Shown one piece after another: positions 9,263 through 18,744 of a DNA stretch of 56,511 nt. The stretch spans positions 1 through 56,511 of the forward strand of contig JAMDEN010000098.1 of the NCBI GenBank assembly GCA_023487035.1, in the 5' to 3' direction. Position 1 is the first letter of the stretch. Every line of letters starts with the position of its first letter. The position numbers and the translations under genes were made by a program. The notes under the pieces were generated by a model. It saw nothing but the letters and a program-made list of their open reading frames with translations, had not been told where the DNA came from and made no database searches. Source of the DNA: Actinomycetota bacterium (lineage in GTDB: Bacteria; Actinomycetota; Humimicrobiia; Humimicrobiales; Humimicrobiaceae).

Positions 9263-12232
9263 ATGGGAAAAATTAAAAACCAGGATGTAAAAGAAGTTGA
9301 AAACCAGTATGTAAAAAGAGCTGTAAAAGACGATGTAAAGGAAACAGCAAAAGAAGATATAAAAAGATATATATGCATTCATGGGCATTTTTATCAGCCA
9401 TACAGGAAAAATCCCTGGATTGAAAAAATAGAAATGCAGGAAGGCTCCCTTCCTTATCATGACTGGAATGAAAAAATAACAGCACAATGTTACAGCGCAA
9501 ATGGATTTGCTCATATTTTAAATTCCCGAAATAAATTAGAAGAGGTAGTTAATAATTATTCAAAAATAAGTTTTAATTTCGGGCCAACTCTTCTTGAATG
9601 GCTAAAGGAAAATGAAATCAAAACTTATAAAAGGATACTGCAGGCTGATCTGGAAAGTTTAAGATTTTTTTCAAATCATGGTTCTGCCATAGCACAAACT
9701 TATAATCATCTAATAATGCCGCTTGCTGACAAAAATGATAAGTATCTTCAGGTTTACTGGGCAATAAAAGATTTTAAAGATAAATTTAACAGGGAGCCTG
9801 AAGGGATGTGGCTTGCAGAAACAGCAGTAGATTATGAAACCTTGGAAGCCTTGGCAGAATTTAATATAAAATTTACAATACTTTCTCCTGATCAGGCAAA
9901 AAGATTCAGAAAAATAACGAGTGAAAATGAAAAACTCAAACATGATTGGGTAGAAGTTTTAAATGGAAATATAAACACAAGGATGCCTTTTTTATGCAGA
10001 CTGTCGTCGGGGAAAGAAATTGTAATATTTTTTTATGATAAAGAAATTTCTATTGGAGTGTCTTTCGGGGATTTATTAAATAATGGTGAGAAATTTGCAA
10101 ATTGCTTAATTAATGCCCCTTCATTTAACCAGGAAAAACCTGAAATAATTATTGTTGCATCAGATGGTGAAACTTATGGTCATCATAAAAAGTTCGGAGA
10201 TATGGCACTAGCTTACTGTCTTAAATGCATTGAGAAAAATGAAACGGTAAAGCTTACTGTTTTTGGTGAATATCTTTCAAAATATGCGCCTGATTATGAA
10301 GTTGAAATTATAGAAAATACCGCATGGAGCTGCCCTCATTCATTATGCAGATGGAAAAAAGATTGTGGTTGTACATCAGATGAAGATAATCATCCGGACT
10401 GGAATCAGAAGTGGAGAGCACCATTAAGAGAAGCTATAAGTTTACTTAGAGTAAAAATTAATGAAATCTTTAATAAAGAAATCGGCTCTTATATTTCTTA
10501 TATTCTTAAAAATTCTAATTTGAATTATGATTTAATAAACTGTAATTTAGAAAATAATTTAAAAATAGATTTAAAAAATAATACAGAATCTGACTTGGAA
10601 GATAATTTGAAGTCAGATTCATTACCAGGAACAGCTAATATTGCTGGATCAGTGCCAGTAACTCCTTTGGATTTATTGAAAGAATATATAAATGTAATAA
10701 ATGACAGAAGCTATAAAAATATAACAGACTTTTTAAATAAATATTTAAAAACCGGAGATAGTCTTAAGGATAATATTAAAGATGTTTCTAATAATAACCC
10801 TGATGATTTTGAAATCAGAAAAAGCAAATTTTTAAGCCTTCTTGAAATGCAAAGGCAGGCAATGCTTATGCAGTCAAGTGACGGCTGGTTTTTTGATGAT
10901 ATCTGCAGAGTTGAATCAGTTCAGATATTAAGACATGCTTGCAGAGCAATTGAGATTGCAAAAGAATTTGCTGATGAAGATTTACAAGGCGATATATTAA
11001 AGATTCTTGTTAATGCTAAAAGCAACATGGATGAAAATATAAATGGTGAAGTTATATATAATAAATCAGTAATCGGAGCAATTTACAGCCCGGAAAGAGT
11101 AGCAGTACATTTAATTTCCAATTTACTTTTTAATAAAGATATTAAAAACAATAATTATAATTTTTATAGCCATAACATACAATTATTAAATTTAAAATAT
11201 TTGCAAAGTAATAACTTTATAGTATCAACAGGAAATATAATAGCAATTTCAAAAATTACTTTAAAAAAATTTTCATATAATTTTATAGCTGTTTATAACA
11301 AAAATTACTTTTTAAATAACCATAAAAGGGAAAAAACATTAAACATATATATAAAGGAATTAAATGATAATATAGCAAATAAAGTTAATAAAAATAATAA
11401 GGCAGCTAATACTAAAATAACAGATAATAAAGCAGCAGATAATAAAATTACAGATGAGAGCCAGGTTAATTTACCCGGCCAACTTGATGATTTTATTGAG
11501 GAAATTAAAAAAATATTGCAAGATGAAAATGTTAAAAATGCTGAAAATGATGATTTCTTATACAATTATCTTAAAAAATTGTCTTACTATAACTATCAAT
11601 TATATACCCTTAATGATTTAAATAATGAAACACAAATTGAATTTTTTAAAATTTTAATTGATGGTATGCTAAGTCAAAATGCATATAATACAGCACAAAG
11701 CAGTAATGCAATAAAGAATTTGCCTGATTTTGCAGGTTCATGGATAAATTATGATTTTTTAAGAAATGATATTAATAATTTAAGTTTATTTTCAAATAAA
11801 ATTTTAATTTATAATTTGCTAAGTGAAAAAGAATTAAATCATGATGATGTAACAAAACTGAATAACTTGATAAACTTAATAAAAGATTTTCAGAATCAAA
11901 ACAAGGTTTATGTTAATAATTATTTAATTGAGTTTTTGGATTTCAGCAAATTAAGTTTTAAAACCGGTAAAAGTTTAACCAATCTTTTAAATTTATTTTC
12001 AAATGATTTAAAAAATGAGGAGCTTTTAAAAGATGTTATTAATTTAATTTCAATTTTTAATACATTAAAATTAAATTCAGACAACTGGGAGATTCAAAAT
12101 ATCTTATATGAAATAAGAAATAAAATTATTAAATTAAAAAATGACTGTAAAATAATTTTAAGCGAGAATTTAATAAAGGACTTTTCTTACCTTCTTGATT
12201 ATTTTGGTGTAAATAACAACCTCAACACCTGA
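9263..12232 (+). CDS. Glycoside hydrolase family 57 protein (GH57 catalytic domain plus DUF3536-like region) with a long low-complexity C-terminal part
   Basis: GH57 signatures CIHGHFYQPYRKNPW, WLAETAV and ASDGETYGHH. A DUF3536-like block QSSDGWFFDDICRVESVQILRHACRAIEIA is present. 989 aa, with N/K/I/L-rich sequence beyond about residue 620. Confidence 0.85.
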   Translation: MGKIKNQDVKEVENQYVKRAVKDDVKETAKEDIKRYICIHGHFYQPYRKNPWIEKIEMQEGSLPYHDWNEKITAQCYSANGFAHILNSRNKLEEVVNNYSKISFNFGPTLLEWLKENEIKTYKRILQADLESLRFFSNHGSAIAQTYNHLIMPLADKNDKYLQVYWAIKDFKDKFNREPEGMWLAETAVDYETLEALAEFNIKFTILSPDQAKRFRKITSENEKLKHDWVEVLNGNINTRMPFLCRLSSGKEIVIFFYDKEISIGVSFGDLLNNGEKFANCLINAPSFNQEKPEIIIVASDGETYGHHKKFGDMALAYCLKCIEKNETVKLTVFGEYLSKYAPDYEVEIIENTAWSCPHSLCRWKKDCGCTSDEDNHPDWNQKWRAPLREAISLLRVKINEIFNKEIGSYISYILKNSNLNYDLINCNLENNLKIDLKNNTESDLEDNLKSDSLPGTANIAGSVPVTPLDLLKEYINVINDRSYKNITDFLNKYLKTGDSLKDNIKDVSNNNPDDFEIRKSKFLSLLEMQRQAMLMQSSDGWFFDDICRVESVQILRHACRAIEIAKEFADEDLQGDILKILVNAKSNMDENINGEVIYNKSVIGAIYSPERVAVHLISNLLFNKDIKNNNYNFYSHNIQLLNLKYLQSNNFIVSTGNIIAISKITLKKFSYNFIAVYNKNYFLNNHKREKTLNIYIKELNDNIANKVNKNNKAANTKITDNKAADNKITDESQVNLPGQLDDFIEEIKKILQDENVKNAENDDFLYNYLKKLSYYNYQLYTLNDLNNETQIEFFKILIDGMLSQNAYNTAQSSNAIKNLPDFAGSWINYDFLRNDINNLSLFSNKILIYNLLSEKELNHDDVTKLNNLINLIKDFQNQNKVYVNNYLIEFLDFSKLSFKTGKSLTNLLNLFSNDLKNEELLKDVINLISIFNTLKLNSDNWEIQNILYEIRNKIIKLKNDCKIILSENLIKDFSYLLDYFGVNNNLNT

Positions 12233-12610
12233 TATTTTAATTATAATATAATTGCTGATAATTATATTTATTAATAGTCATGGGTTGTTTAGCCTGGTGA
12301 TAAAGATTTAATAATAATTAAAAACAGAAAAAATTAACAATTGTATAAAAAATAAGAAATGATTTTTTAAAATATCATTTCCCGTAATTAATATTTATAG
12401 TAATTTCAGTTAATCTTAATTATAAAAATAGATTAATAAGTTTCTTGTGAATAATTAACCAAAGAGCTGAATTAAAAAAAATTTTAAGCTTAATTTAAAA
12501 AAACAATTCACTGAAAATTGAGTTATTCATCAATAATTGATAATAAATATATATTAGAATTGTAAAAAATAAATATAAAAAATATAGAAAATAAAATTTA
12601 AAAAGGGACT

Positions 12611-14203
12611 ATGGCTATATTTGATAAAAGAAAAAGTGGTATGCTTTTACCTGTAGCATCTCTTCCATCGGAGTTTGGCATAGGGGATTTAGGCCCGAAT
12701 TCATATAAATTTGTAGACATATTAAAAAAATCCCGACAAAGTTTTTGGGAAATTTTACCGTTAAATCCTACAAGCACTTCCAAGGATAACTGTCCGTATG
12801 CTACCTCATCTGCTTTTGCGGGAAATACCTTGCTTATCAGCCCTCAGCTATTATATGAAGAAGGATTGCTTGAAAAAAGTGACATCAGAAAAATAAAAAA
12901 CATTTTTAATAACCGGATTTATATTAATTATGTTGACTATAAAAAAGTAACGAAAGAAAAAAATAAAATTTTTCAAAAGGCGTTTGATAATTTTAAATCT
13001 ACTGATAATAAAAAACTTAAAGATGATTTTGATAATTTCTGTATGGAAAATGGTAAAAAATGGCTTAATGGTTTTACACTTTTTAATGCACTGAAAAAAA
13101 AGCTGAATTATATTTCCTGGAACAAGTGGCCTGAGAAGTTAAAAAATTTAAACATTACGGAAAACTTAAGAAAACTTAATCCTGATTCTGATATTTATGA
13201 AGGTATAAAAAAAGAAAAATTTCTTCAGTTTATTTTTTTTAAGCAATGGTTTAATTTAAAAAATTATTGCAATAATCTCGGAATTAAAATTATCGGAGAT
13301 ATTCCAATTTATGTGGATTTTGAAAGCAGTGATGTCTGGGCAAATCCGGAAATTTTTAAGTTAGACAGTGATAAAAATCCGACGTTTGTTTCAGGTGTTC
13401 CGCCTGATTATTTTAGTAAATCAGGGCAGCTTTGGGGGAATCCTGTATATAACTGGGATAATCTTAAAAAAAATAATTATAAGTGGTGGATAAATCGAAT
13501 TGAATATAATTTAAATTTATATGATTTTGTCAGAATTGATCATTTCAGAGGGTTTGTTGCTTACTGGGAAGTTCCTGCAGAAGATAAAAATGCTAAAAAC
13601 GGCAAGTGGGTAAAAGCTTATCCGGAAGATTTTTTTAATGTTTTAAAACAAAAACTATCAATAAAATTTAATAATTCCAACCAGCAGAAAAATATTTACT
13701 TCAGTCTTCCAATTATTGCTGAAAATCTTGGCTATATAACAGATGATATTGAAGAAATAATGAAAGAATATAACTTTCCAGGCTTGAAAGTTATTCTTTT
13801 TGCTTTTGGTAAAGATTTTCCGACAGGAACTCATCTTCCTTATAATTACGATAAAAACTGTATTGCTTATACCGGAACCCATGATAACAACACAATAAAA
13901 GGCTGGTTTTTAGAAGAGGCAAAAAATTATGAGAAAAAAAATCTTTTAAAGTATATTGGAAATGCCGGGGAAGAATTAAATCCAAATTCGATAAATGATG
14001 TTCTGATAAGACTTATAATGTCATCAGCTGCAGGGCTTACAATCATTCCGGTTCAGGACATCTTAGGACTGGGAAGTGAAGCAAGAATGAATCATCCTTC
14101 AACAGTTAGAGGTAACTGGAAGTGGAGAATGACAAGGAAAGATTTTGTTATTAAAAATTTTAAAAAATTAAAAGAATTTACTGAAATTTATTCAAGAATA
14201 TAA
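12611..14203 (+). CDS. malQ: 4-alpha-glucanotransferase (amylomaltase, GH77)
   Basis: N-terminal GMLLPVASLPSEFGIGDLG, GDIPIYV, catalytic-region RIDHFRGF and YTGTHDNNT. Confidence 0.92.
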   Translation: MAIFDKRKSGMLLPVASLPSEFGIGDLGPNSYKFVDILKKSRQSFWEILPLNPTSTSKDNCPYATSSAFAGNTLLISPQLLYEEGLLEKSDIRKIKNIFNNRIYINYVDYKKVTKEKNKIFQKAFDNFKSTDNKKLKDDFDNFCMENGKKWLNGFTLFNALKKKLNYISWNKWPEKLKNLNITENLRKLNPDSDIYEGIKKEKFLQFIFFKQWFNLKNYCNNLGIKIIGDIPIYVDFESSDVWANPEIFKLDSDKNPTFVSGVPPDYFSKSGQLWGNPVYNWDNLKKNNYKWWINRIEYNLNLYDFVRIDHFRGFVAYWEVPAEDKNAKNGKWVKAYPEDFFNVLKQKLSIKFNNSNQQKNIYFSLPIIAENLGYITDDIEEIMKEYNFPGLKVILFAFGKDFPTGTHLPYNYDKNCIAYTGTHDNNTIKGWFLEEAKNYEKKNLLKYIGNAGEELNPNSINDVLIRLIMSSAAGLTIIPVQDILGLGSEARMNHPSTVRGNWKWRMTRKDFVIKNFKKLKEFTEIYSRI

Positions 14204-14311
14204 ATTTTAATTGTATATGCAATGTTCTTTAAACTATAATCTTGATTGAAACATCTTAATTGAAGCTAATTAAAGTTAATATTATTAAAAATAATAATTT
14301 TAATTTGTAAA

Positions 14312-15580
14312 ATGAGAGTAGAAGTAGTTGCATTTGTATTAAGCGGTGGAGAGGGCCATAGACTTATGCCTTTAACCAAGGACAGGGCAAAGCCTGCAAT
14401 ACCTTTTGGTGGAAGCTACAGAGTAATAGATTTTGTTTTAAGCAATCTCATTCATTCAAGAATTAGAAAAATATATGTCTTAACTCAATATGAGCCAAGA
14501 TCACTTGAGAAACATATTTTTGAAGGATGGTCACCAATTTTTGGAACAGGGCGCTATAATTTTATAAGACTTTTACCTCCTAAACTCGGAAATGAAAGCG
14601 GCTGGTACCTTGGAACTGCTGATGCAATAAATCAAAATAAAAGTTATGCCTGGGCTGATAAACCGGATATAATAGATATTTTCAGCTCTGATCATATATA
14701 TCTTATGGATATTTCTTTAATGAACGACTTTCATCTTGGAAATTCTGCAGATCTTACTATATCAGCAATACCTGTTAAATGTGAAACTGCTGCAAAAAGA
14801 TACGGGGTTTTAGTGGTTGATAAAAACTGGAGGCTTGTTGGATTTGAGGAAAAACCCGAAAAACCTACTCCAATGCCAGGAAACTCGGAATATTGTCTTG
14901 CTTCTATGGGAAATTATGCTTTTAATTTAAAAGTATTAATTGAGGAAATAGTAATTGATCATTTAAAAAAGACTTCTTATGATAGAAATTTGATAAAGTC
15001 TGATCCTGAGCATTATTCATCACATGATTTTGGTTATGATATTATACCTGCAATATTAGGCAGAGGCAGAAAAATATATGTTTATAATTTTAATGACAAT
15101 GTCATAATCGGTGAGAGTAAAAATGAAAAATCATACTGGCGGGATATCGGGGATCTCGATGAATTTTATGAAGCGAACATGGATTTACTTAAATCCCAGC
15201 CTGAAATAAATCTGCTTAATGAAAAGTGGGAAATTTTTACAAGAGTTGCATCTGTCAGACCTTCAAAAATAAATGGGAATTCAAAAATTTATAAGTCTAT
15301 AATTGCAAATGGCTGCATAATTAATAATGCAATTATTGAAAAATCTATCCTTTCATATAATATAACAGTTGAAGAAAATACTAAGATATCAGGCTCATTT
15401 ATTATGGGCAATAACTATATAGGTAAAAATGTTATTATAAAAAATTCTATTGTTGATAGCGCCACTTATATTCCAGATGATACTTCAATTGGTGTAAATA
15501 AGGAAGAAGATTTAAGGCGTAATTTTTCTTTCTCAAGAGAGGGTATAACTATAGTACCAAGAAAGTACAGATTCCAATAA
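14312..15580 (+). CDS. glgC: Glucose-1-phosphate adenylyltransferase
   Basis: VLSGGEGHRLMPLTKDRAKPAIPFGGSYRVIDFVLSN, GTADA, and a C-terminal left-handed beta-helix-like repeat region. 422 aa. Confidence 0.92.
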   Translation: MRVEVVAFVLSGGEGHRLMPLTKDRAKPAIPFGGSYRVIDFVLSNLIHSRIRKIYVLTQYEPRSLEKHIFEGWSPIFGTGRYNFIRLLPPKLGNESGWYLGTADAINQNKSYAWADKPDIIDIFSSDHIYLMDISLMNDFHLGNSADLTISAIPVKCETAAKRYGVLVVDKNWRLVGFEEKPEKPTPMPGNSEYCLASMGNYAFNLKVLIEEIVIDHLKKTSYDRNLIKSDPEHYSSHDFGYDIIPAILGRGRKIYVYNFNDNVIIGESKNEKSYWRDIGDLDEFYEANMDLLKSQPEINLLNEKWEIFTRVASVRPSKINGNSKIYKSIIANGCIINNAIIEKSILSYNITVEENTKISGSFIMGNNYIGKNVIIKNSIVDSATYIPDDTSIGVNKEEDLRRNFSFSREGITIVPRKYRFQ

Positions 15581-15583
15581 ATC

Positions 15584-15722
15584 GTCACAGGGACGTATAA
15601 TTTGACATAATTTTTTATCTAACATACCACTGGGACGCATGATTTAACATGATGGTATCTAAGATAAATTTTGTGATTAATTAGTTTCTGATTTTTAATT
15701 TAATATCGTCCTGTTGTATTGA
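15584..15722. repeat. IR-motif element 1 (two forward motif copies plus a degenerate inverted copy); MITE-like
   Basis: GTCACAGGGACGTATAATTTGACAT lies at 15584..15608, 3 nt after the glgC stop. A second forward copy, CACTGGGACGCATGATTTAACATGATGGTAT, lies at 15628..15658 and is 27/31 identical to 17753..17783. A degenerate inverted copy around 15696..15716 has the core CGTCC-TGT. Confidence 0.75.
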
Positions 15723-15828
15723 AAATAATCTTTATTTTCTTCATAAAAACTCTTTTTAGCTCCTTATAAGCAAACATTTCCTAAATCAGAAGCTGAAGCA
15801 AATTTTATAAATGAAAAACAGGATATTT

Positions 15829-16254
15829 TTATAAGAGTTTAATTAATTCAGAAGATGTTATCACTTTGATATTACTAATTCTATTAATTTTGCCTTCAGG
15901 ATAATCTTTATAATTTCTTGTTAGTAAGAAATCACATTCATATTCAAGGGCTGAAAAATACTGTATTGCATCTTCAAAATCGTCAATGTCAAGCTTGTTT
16001 GCCCGTTGTAATATAATTTTTGTTAACGGTATTATTTCAAAAGATTCTATAATTTCTTTAATAAAATTTCTTGCAACTTCTCTGTTTTTAAGTTTATTTA
16101 AAATATAATAAATATTATTAATTGTTATAGCTGAAACATATCCCGGAATAATTTTTTCATTTACCAGGGTTAAAATTTTGGCACTATCAATATAAAAAGG
16201 CTCTCTTTTTACCAGTACATCCAGTATTACATTTGTATCAAGAAATATTTTCAT
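15829..16254 (-). CDS. vapC: PIN-domain toxin (VapC family)
   Basis: MKIFLDTNVILD N-terminal acidic motif plus later D/E residues (DDFEDAIQ). 141 aa. It overlaps the upstream antitoxin gene by 17 nt. Confidence 0.85.
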   Translation of the reverse strand: MKIFLDTNVILDVLVKREPFYIDSAKILTLVNEKIIPGYVSAITINNIYYILNKLKNREVARNFIKEIIESFEIIPLTKIILQRANKLDIDDFEDAIQYFSALEYECDFLLTRNYKDYPEGKINRISNIKVITSSELIKLL

Positions 16255-16495
16255 ATTTTTCTATTTTTTCAGTTATGATTTCCTCTTTTAATTCTTTATA
16301 TGTCTTATCAGTTTTAACAACTCCAATCCATTTAGAGACTGCATCAGATACTTTCAGGTTATTTATTTTACTTGCTTCAGAATTTAAATAACTGCTTACC
16401 ATTTCAGATATTGATTTGCCTTTATAAGCAGAAATCTTTTTTGCAAGATCAACTGTTTCTTTATCGACATATAATGTTAATTTTGTTTTTGGCAT
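16238..16495 (-). CDS. Antitoxin partner of the PIN toxin (small DNA-binding, VapB-like)
   Basis: 85 aa, N-terminal KTKLTLYVDKETVDLAKKISAYKGKSISEMV (beta-strand/helix DNA-binding-like). GGAGG RBS (16501..16505, minus strand), and the gene overlaps the toxin. Confidence 0.7.
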   Translation of the reverse strand: MPKTKLTLYVDKETVDLAKKISAYKGKSISEMVSSYLNSEASKINNLKVSDAVSKWIGVVKTDKTYKELKEEIITEKIEKYENIS

Positions 16496-16786
16496 TAATA
16501 CCTCCTACGTATACAATAATATATTAATACGTACAAAAATACATGTCAATAAATAAATTAGCGGTTTTTTAACAGGTTCAGGTTTTAAAAGACTTATATT
16601 TATTATATTAATATTAACAATATTAGCATTTGTAATAATCGGGTTTTGTAATAATCATGATTTTAATACTTAAGATTTAGCTATTTTATTAAGCATATTC
16701 TTTCAATATATGATATATTCTTATATTGGAATTTTTTGTTTGTTTGATAAATTTGTGAGTAAATTTAATATAAAAAGGAGAATATC

Positions 16787-17716
16787 TTGAAAATTCTTAT
16801 AACTGGAGGGGCAGGTTTTATAGGTTCGCATGTTGCAGATTTGTTACTGGAAAATGAATATGATGTATGTATAGTTGATAATCTTTCAAGTGGAAAGCTT
16901 GAGAATGTTAACTCAAATGCAAAGTTTTATAAGTGCGACATAAGAGATAGTCAAATTTATAAAATAATTGAAGATGAAAAACCACAAATAATTATTCATA
17001 ATGCTGCACAAATGAGTGTTAGAAATTCTGTTGAAGATCCTTTAAATGATGCAGATATTAATATAATTGGCGGATTAAATATTTTAGAAGCGGCTAAAAA
17101 AACCAAAGTTGAGAAAATAATATTTGCCTCAAGTGGGGGGGTTGTTTACGGGGAACAACAATACTTTCCTGCAGATGAAGATCATCCGACTAAACCAATA
17201 TGCCCGTATGGTGTAGCTAAGCTATCTTATGAAAAATATCTTTATTATTATCATTATATATTTGGCATAAAATATATTGCTCTTAGATATGCTAATATTT
17301 ATGGTCCAAGGCAGGATCCTTATGGTGAGGCAGGGGTAGTAGCTATTTTTTCTAAGAAGCTTTTATCTGACGATCAACCAGTTATAAACGGAGACGGTAT
17401 GCAAACGAGAGATTATGTTTATGTAAAAGACGTAGCAACTGCCAATTTACTTGCTGTTAATACTGATTATATTGGGGAAATTAACATAGGAACCGCACTG
17501 GAAACTAATGTAAATAAAATTTTTAATATATTAAAAAATGCTGCCGGCAAGCCTGATTTGGAAGAAGTGCATGGTCCTGCTAAGGATGGGGAACAAAAAA
17601 GAAGTGTTCTTTCTTACCGGAAAGCCCAACAAATTTTAGGTTGGAAACCCGAGGTTAAGTTAGAAGAAGGCTTAGTTAAAACATTCAACTGGTTTAAAGA
17701 AGAAAATAATTATTAG
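16787..17716 (+). CDS. galE: UDP-glucose 4-epimerase-like extended SDR
   Basis: [13 protein letters not shown] Rossmann motif and catalytic YGVAK (YxxxK). 309 aa. TTG start preceded by AAAGGAG. Confidence 0.8.
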   Translation: MKILITGGAGFIGSHVADLLLENEYDVCIVDNLSSGKLENVNSNAKFYKCDIRDSQIYKIIEDEKPQIIIHNAAQMSVRNSVEDPLNDADINIIGGLNILEAAKKTKVEKIIFASSGGVVYGEQQYFPADEDHPTKPICPYGVAKLSYEKYLYYYHYIFGIKYIALRYANIYGPRQDPYGEAGVVAIFSKKLLSDDQPVINGDGMQTRDYVYVKDVATANLLAVNTDYIGEINIGTALETNVNKIFNILKNAAGKPDLEEVHGPAKDGEQKRSVLSYRKAQQILGWKPEVKLEEGLVKTFNWFKEENNY

Positions 17717-17727
17717 ATTAATTTAGT

Positions 17728-17905
17728 AGTTTGACATAATTACACGTTATGTCACGGGGACGTATAATTTGACATGATGGTATAAAAAATAAATTTTGTT
17801 GTTTAATTATTTTATGCAAAATAAACAAGAAAAGATAAATATTAGAATAAAAAAATAATTGTTTATCATTAAATAGATATTTATCAAATTATACGTCCCC
17901 GTGAC
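17728..17905. repeat. IR-motif element 2: 21-nt perfect inverted repeats flanking a 113-bp AT-rich core (MITE-like or candidate invertible segment)
   Basis: GTCACGGGGACGTATAATTTG at 17751..17771 is the exact reverse complement of 17885..17905. Upstream, TTTGACATAATT (17730..17741) matches the tail of element 1. An internal block, ATAAATTTTGT-G-TTAATTA, is shared with element 1. Confidence 0.85.
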
Positions 17906-17913
17906 AATCTGCA

Positions 17914-17954
17914 TTGACATTTCTTTGTTTCTTTGTTATAAGTAATCAAAGAAA
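17914..17954 (+). promoter_or_regulatory. Sigma70-like promoter with overlapping operator-like inverted repeat for the AbrB/RelE module
   Basis: TTGACA (17914..17919), a 17-nt spacer, then TATAAG (17937..17942). The 8-bp arms TTTCTTTG (17928..17935) and CAAAGAAA (17947..17954) bracket the -10 element. Confidence 0.55.
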
Positions 17955-18004
17955 GAGTACTTAATGTTTTTAATTTTATATATATTAAGAAGGGAGAGAT
18001 GTTT

Positions 18005-18379
18005 ATGCCGCAAACAGTCCAAACAGGGGTAAGACCTTTGCTTAAAAAACGTATTTCAGTATCGAAAAAACGTCAGATAACTATTCCTATTGAGTTTTTT
18101 AATAATGTTGGTATTGATAAAGAAGTCGATTGCTATGTGCAAAACAATGCAATTGTAATTCGCCCTGTATATGAGGGTGACGGTGAATTCGATGAGCAAA
18201 TTCTTGCTGATTTAATCTCACAAGGGTTTTCAGGGCAGGAACTTCTTGCTAAATTCAAAGACATACGTCATCAAATTCAACCTGCTGTTAAAAGTTTGCT
18301 TAATGAAGCGCGTCTTGCTGCTGATGGGAAAGTACCATTCTCAACATACGAGGATGTTTTTGGTATGGAGGATAAGTGA
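18005..18379 (+). CDS. AbrB/MazE/SpoVT-family antitoxin
   Basis: SVSKKRQITIPIEFFNNVGIDKEVDCYVQNNAIVIRP is a swapped-hairpin barrel motif. I prefer ATG 18005 because GGAGAG lies 6 nt upstream; the track start is 17999. The stop overlaps the GTG start of the next gene (GTGA). Confidence 0.8.
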   Translation: MPQTVQTGVRPLLKKRISVSKKRQITIPIEFFNNVGIDKEVDCYVQNNAIVIRPVYEGDGEFDEQILADLISQGFSGQELLAKFKDIRHQIQPAVKSLLNEARLAADGKVPFSTYEDVFGMEDK

Positions 18380-18678
18380 TACATAAGTTAATCATTTTGC
18401 CTCCTGCCGCAAATTTTCTTAAAAAGATTAAAGAAAAACCTTTAAAATCTGCATTTCAAAAAGCTATTGATGATATAATCCAAAATCCATACTCAGGTGA
18501 CCCTAAGACGGGTGATCTATCGGGTGTTTATTGTTTTGATGTTTTTTACAATAAAACAAATTATGAAATTGCATATACTATTATTGAAGAAAATGATAAA
18601 ACAGTTGTTGTCATCCCTGCAGGTACTCGAGAAAATTTTTATAAGGAACTTAAGAGATATATGAAGGGTTTTAAATAA
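18376..18678 (+). CDS. RelE/ParE-superfamily toxin
   Basis: 100 aa, basic C-terminus, typical fold-length pattern (NPYSGDPKTGDLSGVYCFDV...YEIAYTI). It is translationally coupled to the antitoxin. Confidence 0.7.
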   Translation: MIHKLIILPPAANFLKKIKEKPLKSAFQKAIDDIIQNPYSGDPKTGDLSGVYCFDVFYNKTNYEIAYTIIEENDKTVVVIPAGTRENFYKELKRYMKGFK

Positions 18679-18718
18679 TCCTTTCTATATCCGCTTCAGA
18701 CAACTTATCAAAATATGA
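18671..18718 (-). pseudogene. Remnant of the 3-prime end of a Phd/YefM-type antitoxin gene
   Basis: 18675..18718 aligns with 24168..24211, the 3-prime end of the intact Phd gene. The first 18 nt are exact (AATAATCCTTTCTATATC) and about 35/43 match overall. The minus-strand translation YFDKLSEADIERII* compares with DFNKLSDEDIERIIEGE*. Confidence 0.6.
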
Positions 18719-18744
18719 TAAACATAAATTTTTTTTTATTATGC

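Noticed and set aside
9086-9514. 142-aa minus-strand ORF with 8-residue repeats (LLSNLFPK LLLNIFSK LLLNVLSG).
   Set aside because: Its periodicity is just the antisense reading of the 24-nt tandem repeat at 9111..9224. The rest overlaps the well-supported GH57 start region on the other strand.
12356-12381. A hairpin, GAAATGAT-N10-ATCATTTC, in the GH57/malQ spacer, considered as a terminator.
   Set aside because: It is an 8-bp all-AT-rich stem with no following T-run, lying 120 nt past the stop. The evidence is too weak to call.
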